Shown in pieces: positions 7,810 through 14,736 of a DNA stretch of 64,000 nucleotides (its first letter is position 1; each line of letters begins with the position of its first letter). A program made the translations under genes and the position numbers. The notes under the pieces were generated by a model that saw only the letters and a list, made by a program, of their open reading frames with translations, had not been told where the DNA came from and did not search any database. Source of the stretch: a virus; the IMG/VR virus record IMGVR_UViG_3300025405_000009, positions 1-64,000 of that record. The stretch is one strand, 5' to 3'.

Positions 7810-8067
7810 ATGAAAAATAAGAACAACGGAAAGAACACAAAAGTCGAAACCCTCAAAGAGCGCTATAAGGTCGGAGACGTCCTGAAGGTGATTGAGTCCT
7901 TTCAAGACGGAAGAGGCGGGACGGATAACATCACTCACTACATTACTATAACGAAAGTGAATAGGGTGACGGTAGAGGGTACCGAAGGTAAGGGTGGTGA
8001 GGTGATCTTAGATCTTCAGGATCTCTTCCACGCAAAGAAAGTCATTCAGAGGGAGATCCTTGCTTGA
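7810..8067 (+). CDS. hypothetical early protein (cassette)
   Basis: 85 aa. Confidence 0.8.
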   Translation: MKNKNNGKNTKVETLKERYKVGDVLKVIESFQDGRGGTDNITHYITITKVNRVTVEGTEGKGGEVILDLQDLFHAKKVIQREILA

Positions 8068-8098
8068 ACTTCCAATCAAATTCCCTTATACTAATAGT

Positions 8099-8338
8099 AT
8101 GAAAAATAAAGACAACGTAACAGTAAAGCAATTGACAGATAAGCTCACCGAACTATGTGCAGCTAAGTATCCTAATGATCGTTCGATGAAATGGGCTTAC
8201 GTTTGTGGAGTGTTAGAGGCGATGTTAGATTGGGAGGTTAAGGGATATGATAAGGGTATCAAGACTCTCCAAGAGAGAGTTAATGAGGCTTTTGAGAGGT
8301 ATGAAGAGGAGTTAGAGGCTGAATTAACAATTGCATAA
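8099..8338 (+). CDS. hypothetical early protein (cassette)
   Basis: Start moved to MKNKDNVT (8099). Confidence 0.8.
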   Translation: MKNKDNVTVKQLTDKLTELCAAKYPNDRSMKWAYVCGVLEAMLDWEVKGYDKGIKTLQERVNEAFERYEEELEAELTIA

Positions 8339-8366
8339 TTAAACAAATTCCATTACAATAATAACA

Positions 8367-8696
8367 ATGAATACGAAACTAATAATCGGAGCTATAATTG
8401 GACTCCTCTTTGTAAGCTCCATCAATTCTGCCCACGCCTATTATGGTGGTTATGGATATGGAGGTGGGTATTATAGGGGTGCTGGAGCTTGTGGATATGG
8501 ATATGGTGGATATGGTTATGGTGGTGGATATGGATATGGTTATGGAGGTGGATGGGGTAATGTTGGGACGTTGTTGGGTGTAGCAGCCATTGTTAGTGCC
8601 GCAACTCCTATTGTTACAACTGCCATTCAACAACCAGTTTACGTCCAACCCCAACAACAACAACAACCAGTAGTCTACATCATCAATTCTAAGTAA
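8367..8696 (+). CDS. Gly/Tyr-rich exported protein
   Basis: Signal peptide ending AHA, GYG repeats, hydrophobic segment, poly-Q tail. Confidence 0.75.
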   Translation: MNTKLIIGAIIGLLFVSSINSAHAYYGGYGYGGGYYRGAGACGYGYGGYGYGGGYGYGYGGGWGNVGTLLGVAAIVSAATPIVTTAIQQPVYVQPQQQQQPVVYIINSK

Positions 8697-8697
8697 T

Positions 8698-8811
8698 ATG
8701 AACCATCCCTTACTCCTTATCATACTCCTTATCATCGCTATTATTATCCTACCTCTACATACTATCTTACTAGCTGTATTGATTGCACTCCTTGTCAAAG
8801 CTCTTAACTAA
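8698..8811 (+). CDS. hydrophobic microprotein (not in ORF track)
   Basis: 37 aa MNHPLLLIILLIIAIIILPLHTILLAVLIALLVKALN. Confidence 0.5.
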   Translation: MNHPLLLIILLIIAIIILPLHTILLAVLIALLVKALN

Positions 8812-8818
8812 TTAACAT

Positions 8819-8992
8819 ATGAATACTCCTAAGCAATTAGTCCTAGACATAGAGAGGTTAAAGATGTTAAAGAGTCTGGATTGGGAGTGTAACTTCACCT
8901 CTTGGTATGATGGTGAGGTAGAGCTGTTATCTCAGACGTTAATAGGTGTTCTAAAACAATCACCTTCTTCTAGAACTGACATGGGTGTCTAG
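8819..8992 (+). CDS. hypothetical protein (not in ORF track)
   Basis: 57 aa MNTPKQLVLDIERLKMLKSLDWEC..., tight packing with previous ORF. Confidence 0.5.
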   Translation: MNTPKQLVLDIERLKMLKSLDWECNFTSWYDGEVELLSQTLIGVLKQSPSSRTDMGV

Positions 8993-9142
8993 AAAACGTG
9001 GGGTTATATAGAACAGGGTAGGGGAATTTCTAATAGGAGAAAAAAGTTAGTTAGGATCTATAGGCCCCATGCCAAAAAACTTGGTAAAATTTTTTTGCGA
9101 ATTTTTCCTAGAGTTTTCTATATAGGGGGGTTAAGTAGCCAT

Positions 9143-9253
9143 ATGAAGCTCAAATCTTTATTCTCCTTTAAAATTCTTAGTCGTCGTATTATCTGTCACA
9201 AAGATCAGGATTCCGGGAGTATTACTCTGTCAATCTTTAAGTCTACAAAGTAA
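9143..9253 (+). CDS. possible microprotein
   Basis: 36 aa MKLKSLFSFKIL..., stop abuts ATG of 9254, TAAGTA upstream. Confidence 0.4.
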   Translation: MKLKSLFSFKILSRRIICHKDQDSGSITLSIFKSTK

Positions 9254-9589
9254 ATGGCCTTTCTTATTTCCTGTATTGGGGCTGTACTGTGCTCCATTAT
9301 TATTACATTCATCTCTTATAGTGAGTCAATAAAGGATAGTCCGTTTAAGGCCTATATCTATGTAATCCTTGCTTCAGCTATTGCAGGCATTACCTGGTGT
9401 CAGCTAGCAAGAAGTACCAAGCACGAAGATCTCTTTACCATAAATCTTATCTGGGACGTGGGTATGACTATTCTCTATGTTCTAATGCCTGTTATCTTCT
9501 TTAACATTAAACTAGACTTTAAGGCTATCCTTGGTACAGTTATCTGTGTTATAGGTTTATTATTAGTTAAATTAGGAGAGGCTAAATAA
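9254..9589 (+). CDS. 4-TM SMR/EamA(DMT)-like membrane protein
   Basis: 111 aa, four hydrophobic helices, C-terminal LGTVICVIGLLLVK typical of DMT half-domains. Confidence 0.6.
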   Translation: MAFLISCIGAVLCSIIITFISYSESIKDSPFKAYIYVILASAIAGITWCQLARSTKHEDLFTINLIWDVGMTILYVLMPVIFFNIKLDFKAILGTVICVIGLLLVKLGEAK

Positions 9590-9603
9590 TAAATATTACT
9601 ATA

Positions 9604-9900
9604 ATGAACAACAATGATCAACACCTCGTATTCGAGGCTTATCTTAAGAAGGTAGTTTTAAAGGAGAATGCTGAAGAATGGTTTACTCCATTTCTTCAAG
9701 AATATAATAAAAATGATATTCTTAGTCATTACGTAGGTAAGGATCAGTCAGGTAAGGAGTTCGTAATCTGGCAAGTCTTACATACCGATTCACCAGATCC
9801 TATTAATCACCTAGTATATAGAGATAAAGGTCAAGATACAACAATTGAAGAGGATGAGTATGATAAGCTAGCATCCTTTGCAGTAGAGAATAATAAGTAA
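9604..9900 (+). CDS. late protein with D-x-x-L-x-F-E-A-Y N-terminal motif
   Basis: TAAATA upstream; MNNNDQHLVFEAY. Confidence 0.75.
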   Translation: MNNNDQHLVFEAYLKKVVLKENAEEWFTPFLQEYNKNDILSHYVGKDQSGKEFVIWQVLHTDSPDPINHLVYRDKGQDTTIEEDEYDKLASFAVENNK

Positions 9901-9939
9901 AAGCTTGCTTTCAGATTAATCCGACTCTATTATTAGGGT

Positions 9940-10221
9940 ATGATTAAATCCGAATTGTTCCAACAGAGTTATTGTATCTTTATTGAGTCAAGGTCAGCTT
10001 CTGCCTTTGCTTCTAGGGTTAAGGAATTAGGTAACCGGGCCGTTAAAGTATTGAAGGGTACCTTTGACAAGGCTCCTGCTGTCATAGTTATTCCAAATAG
10101 TCTGCCTATTAAGCAGATTGAGACCGATCTCTTTAAGTGGTCTTCTGAGAAGAATCTCGGTGGCTTCTGGGGACAGTTCGGTATGGGGTATCTAGGAAAG
10201 GAATGGGAGGTAGTATCTTAA
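9940..10221 (+). CDS. hypothetical early protein
   Basis: TTGCTT-17-TATTAT-6-ATG leaderless promoter. Confidence 0.75.
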   Translation: MIKSELFQQSYCIFIESRSASAFASRVKELGNRAVKVLKGTFDKAPAVIVIPNSLPIKQIETDLFKWSSEKNLGGFWGQFGMGYLGKEWEVVS

Positions 10222-10373
10222 TGAATAAAGAATACGTTAATTCTGGTATTGGACTTGGATCAGCTCTAGCTGTTACTATTAGCTGGTCGGTTAACCACTC
10301 TATTCTCTGGGCCATACTTCATGGAATCCTTAGCTGGTTCTATGTTATCTATTATGCTTGTACCCGTCACTAA
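10221..10373 (+). CDS. small 2-TM membrane protein (not in ORF track)
   Basis: 50 aa MNKEYVNSGIGLGSALAVTISWSVNHSILWAILHGILSWFYVIYYACTRH; resembles a recalled bacterial hypothetical family. Confidence 0.75.
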   Translation: MNKEYVNSGIGLGSALAVTISWSVNHSILWAILHGILSWFYVIYYACTRH

Positions 10374-10374
10374 G

Positions 10375-10593
10375 ATGTTATCTATTGTTTTCTTTATTCT
10401 TATTCTACCGATAATACTCTGTTATGGGGGTTGTTTTCTAGAATGGTTAGTTGATAATAATACTTCCTATGATGATTGGTATAGAACTCCTACTAGGATG
10501 TTAATCTTTATCTTTACTATAGTTCTATCTTGTCTATCCCTTACCTTTGGTATTATTAAATTTAGTGAATACTTTAATATCCCGCTTCGATGA
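10375..10593 (+). CDS. 2-TM membrane protein
   Basis: Start moved to MLSIVFF (10375) to avoid overlap with 10221..10373. Confidence 0.6.
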   Translation: MLSIVFFILILPIILCYGGCFLEWLVDNNTSYDDWYRTPTRMLIFIFTIVLSCLSLTFGIIKFSEYFNIPLR

Positions 10594-10787
10594 ATACCCA
10601 TCTTCAATATGAAATAAGAATAAAAGAGCTTCAAGGCCGGGTAAAGGACTTAGAGCTTCAATTAAAGATAGCTTTAGATAATCAGCTTACCCCGTTAAAG
10701 CTACGTGTCTTAGAACAGTATCGTCTTGACTATCCGGGTATTCCAGATGACCAGCTTTTGGATTATATGGCTAAGGACGGATTATAA
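10590..10787 (+). CDS. hypothetical coiled-coil protein
   Basis: 65 aa, ATGA overlap with previous stop. Confidence 0.7.
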   Translation: MNTHLQYEIRIKELQGRVKDLELQLKIALDNQLTPLKLRVLEQYRLDYPGIPDDQLLDYMAKDGL

Positions 10788-10878
10788 GCATTTCGGGCCG
10801 GGCCGGCAGGCTTGTAGGGTCCCGGGGAAATAAACCTTAAAGTACATAAAAGAAACATATAAGACATAAATATTCTAT

Positions 10879-11334
10879 ATGAATAAAGACTCTCATCTTC
10901 TTTTTGAAGCTTACAAAAAGATTAACGAAGCATTTGAATATTTTGGACCAAAGGGTACAGCATCCGAGGATAGTGAATCAAAGGAATGTGGTAAGGGTTG
11001 TACATGTGGTAAGTGCCCGGATTGTATGCCTGATGAGGCTACTGAAGAGCCAAAGAAGTCAAAGCACTCCCGTGGTCACTACGAGGGTGCTGCTAAGGTG
11101 GTCCATCACGTTCTTAAGGATAAGCATGATGGTTCAGAGCTTGCCGAGCACATGAAAAAGCACATGAAGAAAATTTACGGTGATGATTATGATGAGAAGA
11201 AGGCTGAGCACGCTATTAAGAAGGCTACAAACATAGAGTCAAAGTCTGAAGATAATGAAGATGATATGAAGTGCACAGGTAAGCCTGATTGTAAGTGTAA
11301 GAAATGCATGGGTGAAGATGAGGAAACGATGTAA
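10879..11334 (+). CDS. putative internal head protein (Cys/His/Lys/Glu-rich)
   Basis: TAAATA late box; MNKDSHLLFEAY; C.GK..C.C..C repeats. Confidence 0.7.
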   Translation: MNKDSHLLFEAYKKINEAFEYFGPKGTASEDSESKECGKGCTCGKCPDCMPDEATEEPKKSKHSRGHYEGAAKVVHHVLKDKHDGSELAEHMKKHMKKIYGDDYDEKKAEHAIKKATNIESKSEDNEDDMKCTGKPDCKCKKCMGEDEETM

Positions 11335-11336
11335 TC

Positions 11337-11942
11337 ATGAATAAAGATAACCATCTTATGTTCGAAGCTTACGCAAGTAAGTTCTTTAACTCAACACCAT
11401 TTAATAGCGAGGATTGTGAAGCATCTGCCGGTGAGGTAGATTGGCATCAGAAGGTTCAGCGTAATGATCATGTTGAACATGGTCGTAGAGCTGCTAAGTG
11501 GGAATTAGAATCCGGTAAAAAGGCTCATAACCCACATGATCCTAATTCCGATGAAGCCAAAGAATGGTCATTTGGTTATAATGAAGAAAAGGGTATTAGT
11601 AAGGATGAAGCTTCAGAAGATGATTTTAGCGAATTAGAAAATATTCGTAATAGTAGTTTAAAAGATATCTTTAATAAAGTTAAAGGTATGAGTGAGGAGC
11701 AATTTATTAAATGGTATGAAGCTGAAATAAAAGGAGTTAAACCTTTTCATAGTCAAGATGATGAAGTAACTGAAAAAGTATCCGGTGTATCAAAGAAACA
11801 GCAGGCTCTTGCAGGTGCTGTTTGTAATAAAGAAATTGGTAAGCACAAGGGTGATGCAGCCAAGACAGCTAAGTTTAAGAAGTGTGTAAAGGGTGTTGAG
11901 AAATCAGAAGTAAAGTACGGTTATAATCCTAAGAAGAAGTAA
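11337..11942 (+). CDS. putative internal head protein
   Basis: MNKDNHLMFEAY. Confidence 0.7.
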   Translation: MNKDNHLMFEAYASKFFNSTPFNSEDCEASAGEVDWHQKVQRNDHVEHGRRAAKWELESGKKAHNPHDPNSDEAKEWSFGYNEEKGISKDEASEDDFSELENIRNSSLKDIFNKVKGMSEEQFIKWYEAEIKGVKPFHSQDDEVTEKVSGVSKKQQALAGAVCNKEIGKHKGDAAKTAKFKKCVKGVEKSEVKYGYNPKKK

Positions 11943-11943
11943 T

Positions 11944-12312
11944 ATGAACAAAGATACAAATCTTATCTTTGAAGCTTATAAAAAGCGCTTAACTGAAAAT
12001 AGTACACCTACTATTCCTTCAGATGAAGAGATACAAGCTGCTTTAAAAGAGTATAATTGCAATTGTTCAGTAGACGAGATTAAGCATATTATTAATACAG
12101 CGATCTCTCATTATACCCTTGAAGATCTTAAGAGCGGGTTGTATGAGGACTATCAAGACGCTCACAATCATAGCCCTACCGGCGGGGGTAAGCCAAGATT
12201 TGATTGGAAAAATACACCTACAGCTGCTTTAGCTGTATTACTCACCAAACAATTAAAGTACAATAGGGATGTGGAGAAGCGTAATGCAAGGGGTGAGAAC
12301 GCTGAAGAGTAA
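11944..12312 (+). CDS. putative internal head protein
   Basis: MNKDTNLIFEAY. Confidence 0.7.
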   Translation: MNKDTNLIFEAYKKRLTENSTPTIPSDEEIQAALKEYNCNCSVDEIKHIINTAISHYTLEDLKSGLYEDYQDAHNHSPTGGGKPRFDWKNTPTAALAVLLTKQLKYNRDVEKRNARGENAEE

Positions 12313-12438
12313 TTACTTCTTGTTAGGAGTAGCACGAGCCTTAACACCGCAGGATTCTCTTAGATACTTAGCATAAGCTTTATTATCCCTGGCACAATAG
12401 TTTTTAATAACTCTTGTTTTAGTCTTTTTAGTAGCCAT
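12313..12438 (-). CDS. small basic protein (not in ORF track)
   Basis: 41 aa MATKKTKTRVIKNYCARDNKAYAKYLRESCGVKARATPNKK fills the gap exactly. Confidence 0.55.
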   Translation of the reverse strand: MATKKTKTRVIKNYCARDNKAYAKYLRESCGVKARATPNKK

Positions 12439-12465
12439 ATTACAAATAGATTATAATATACCTTT

Positions 12466-12741
12466 ATGATTAGCAAGGACCTAGTAAGAGATATTTCTGG
12501 AATGATAATGACAGTATCGTTTATGTTGTGTTACATACCACAGATTATAAAAATTATAAAGACTGAAAGCTCTTCTGATCTTTCACCTACTATGATTGTT
12601 CTTGGTCTTGTAGGTTATATTACTGGAATGATCTATATGTATTCCAATGTATTTGGTATATGGTGGTTTCTTAATTATTTTACCGGTATCATTAGCTCTT
12701 CAGTATTGTTCTATTACTGGTTTAAACATAGAAATGACTAA
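12466..12741 (+). CDS. PQ-loop / SemiSWEET-like transporter
   Basis: 91 aa, 3 TM helices, YIPQIIKIIKTESSSDLS PQ-loop motif. Confidence 0.8.
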   Translation: MISKDLVRDISGMIMTVSFMLCYIPQIIKIIKTESSSDLSPTMIVLGLVGYITGMIYMYSNVFGIWWFLNYFTGIISSSVLFYYWFKHRND

Positions 12742-12791
12742 GGAGCCCTTTGTCTCTCGTGTTTTTATAGCCTTATACAATAAATACTCAT

Positions 12792-13850
12792 ATGTTAACG
12801 TTTAAGCAGTTTTTTATATTATCAGAAGATGATAAGAGTAATGTAAGCCAGACTAAAGCAACTCTATCAATGAATGAACTTAACAAGTATATAAACGTTC
12901 CAAAAAAGAATCGTATACCCATTTTTATAAGAAAGTTAAGAAATAAAGAACCATTTGTTAAGGCAGGTGAAAATAATCCATCGTTAGTTATTGATGCAGA
13001 ACCAGGATGGGTAGATGCAGTAGAAGAAGATGGTCGTATTGATGTGGAAGAGATCCCTTTGCGTAATGGTGATACAATTTCATTAAAAGCACTACAAAAA
13101 ACAAAAGAATTTGGTGGTAAGAATAAAGATTTTATTGAAAAAGGTCAAATTGAAAATTTTAATACATTTTTAAAAACAGTAAACGAAGGTCAACCGGTTA
13201 CTTTAACATTTAATGGTGTACAGTATCCAAATTGTGTAGAGGCTAGAAAAGAGCCTGGTAAAGAAGTAAAATCGGATATTACAATATATAACACTAATAA
13301 TGAACCTGTATTGTTTATATCTCATAAAAAATGCTGTAGTCCAAAGGATATGATGCGCTGGGGCGGTATTGCCGCTTATAAGGATAATCCAAACTATCCA
13401 CAAGCCTCCTTAGAAGTAAATAACTTTTTAACTGATCTTAAAGCAGAGTTAATAAAGCAAGGCAATGTAGATAATGAAGGTAGACCTGAAATGTTTCCAA
13501 TAACAGGCGGTAAGGGTGCTACATATAAGAAACGTATTGAAGATTTGACATTAAAATATAAAGCATGTTTTGGTACAGATTATGGTTCAGATAAATTCAG
13601 TTTTGAAAACGTTCAATGTATAATACAAGGACCTATAACTTATACGTATGACGAGGCTAGTAATTCATATGATATTGGTACAAGTGAAGGAGGTACTATT
13701 TGGGCAAATGGTACTTTACCTACAGGTGAATATGATCCTTGTTTTCTTTGTTATTACGCAGACAGAAGAAATGATCAAGGTATACGTCATGCGTTTATAG
13801 GTATTTGGCCGTGGGGTGGTAAGAGTGGTAGAGAGCTACCTGTTGGATAG
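12792..13850 (+). CDS. PD-(D/E)XK nuclease-like protein with CTS-like N-terminus
   Basis: LQKTKEFGG...KSDITIY...FISHK motif; N-terminus MLTFKQFF; TAAATA late box. Confidence 0.55.
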   Translation: MLTFKQFFILSEDDKSNVSQTKATLSMNELNKYINVPKKNRIPIFIRKLRNKEPFVKAGENNPSLVIDAEPGWVDAVEEDGRIDVEEIPLRNGDTISLKALQKTKEFGGKNKDFIEKGQIENFNTFLKTVNEGQPVTLTFNGVQYPNCVEARKEPGKEVKSDITIYNTNNEPVLFISHKKCCSPKDMMRWGGIAAYKDNPNYPQASLEVNNFLTDLKAELIKQGNVDNEGRPEMFPITGGKGATYKKRIEDLTLKYKACFGTDYGSDKFSFENVQCIIQGPITYTYDEASNSYDIGTSEGGTIWANGTLPTGEYDPCFLCYYADRRNDQGIRHAFIGIWPWGGKSGRELPVG

Positions 13851-13863
13851 TATAAATAATATT

Positions 13864-14256
13864 ATGCTTAGGGATTCAAGATCAATTGCTGGTTTGTATA
13901 TGGAAAATTTTGGTAAGACTAATCTTCCTCCTATTCAAAAACCATCTCAATTACCACAAGCACCTGAACAACCACCGTCTAATGTAGCTGGTACTGAACG
14001 TAATGTCACACCAGCATCAGTAACTAATGGTGGTAATGTTGAGGCTAGTGAAGAGCCTAAGAAGGTTGAAAAGCAGTTACCTGCTAAGCATTGGGTCAAG
14101 GTAGAGAAAATAGTAAAAGATGATGTAAAAGAGATAGAAAATTTAGCACATGAGCTTGCAATGCTTGTTCATTCATGTAGTGAAAATGAAGAAGTTGTTT
14201 CAAAAGTCATGAGTAAAATTTTTAAGAAGCATAGAGCTTGGACCAAAAAGAAGTAG
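13864..14256 (+). CDS. late hypothetical protein
   Basis: TATAAATA at 13851, start MLRDSRSIAGLY. Confidence 0.7.
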   Translation: MLRDSRSIAGLYMENFGKTNLPPIQKPSQLPQAPEQPPSNVAGTERNVTPASVTNGGNVEASEEPKKVEKQLPAKHWVKVEKIVKDDVKEIENLAHELAMLVHSCSENEEVVSKVMSKIFKKHRAWTKKK

Positions 14257-14297
14257 ATTCTTGCTATTTTTAAAATTGCATATATTATATTAAATAT

Positions 14298-14513
14298 ATG
14301 TACATGACCTCTAAAAAAGAAGAAGGGGTAAATGCGGTAATCGAACGCAAATATACCACACTAGTGACCGCAGATATGGTACTTGATATCTATTCTGCGT
14401 CACAGAAGGAAACAAATAAAAAGATAAAAACAGAAATATACAATAAAGCTATTTTTCTTTCTCAGCATCTAAATTGCTGTATTCCTTTATCGAAGAGTCA
14501 GTATTCTGTGTAA
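14298..14513 (+). CDS. hypothetical protein
   Basis: 71 aa ORF with -35/-10-like sequence upstream. Confidence 0.6.
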   Translation: MYMTSKKEEGVNAVIERKYTTLVTADMVLDIYSASQKETNKKIKTEIYNKAIFLSQHLNCCIPLSKSQYSV

Positions 14514-14712
14514 AAAAATCTTTTTCTAAAAGATCATTTACTGTCTCTATTATTCTATCTTTAGTGTCGTCAAATCTGTAAGCTCTACAAACTGGACATA
14601 CAGGCATCTCTTCAGCAAGTAAAGTATCACAACCCTCACATACTTTATAACCAAACCAAAATCTTTTAACTGATTCAAGAATATATTCTTTTTGTTTGTT
14701 TGTCGTAGGCAT
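14449..14712 (-). CDS. zinc-ribbon protein
   Basis: CEGC...CPVC double CxxC. Confidence 0.7.
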   Translation of the reverse strand: MPTTNKQKEYILESVKRFWFGYKVCEGCDTLLAEEMPVCPVCRAYRFDDTKDRIIETVNDLLEKDFFTQNTDSSIKEYSNLDAEKEK

Positions 14713-14736
14713 AATTTGCTTAAATATTTATGATAT

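Larger units (their letters stand above)
1..8366 (+). repeat. Array of ~26 dispersed copies of a ~40-bp promoter/start repeat, one per gene
   Basis: Consensus (a/g)gcTTGAAGttccttccaaattccctTATACTaatagtATGAAAA(A/T)T seen before ORFs at 14, 255, 514, 822 (degenerate), 2222, 2981, 3160, 3350, 3768, 3988, 4241, 4517, 4940, 5145, 5332, 5591, 5916, 6160, 6310, 6576, 7057, 7359, 7658, 7810, 8099, 8367. Confidence 0.95.

Noticed and set aside
3717-8098. Upstream-extended starts in the ORF track (3717, 5829, 7299, 8060; also 2186, 20572, 23851, 53409, 61145, 63695)
   Set aside because: The extensions translate the promoter sequence itself; the downstream ATG/GTG matches the conserved spacing.
1-8366. 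CRISPR array interpretation of the repeats
   Set aside because: Repeats are degenerate, spacing is 150-600 nt and variable, spacers are intact ORFs, and no cas genes are in the window.
1-8366. Integron/attC cassette interpretation
   Set aside because: No RYYYAAC...GTTRRRY inverted cores or attC hairpins (the repeat's GTT is followed by pyrimidines), and no tyrosine integrase in the window.
2968-8798. Minus-strand ORFs across the cassette array (2968, 4006, 4619, 5010, 6615, 6626, 7135, 8379)
   Set aside because: Antisense to promoter-supported plus-strand genes; their mutual similarity only reflects the repeats.
10790-10831. HDV-like/theta ribozyme (GGCCGGCA resembles the HDV start)
   Set aside because: Could not build the nested double pseudoknot (no P1 partner or L3 consensus), and no adjacent tRNA.
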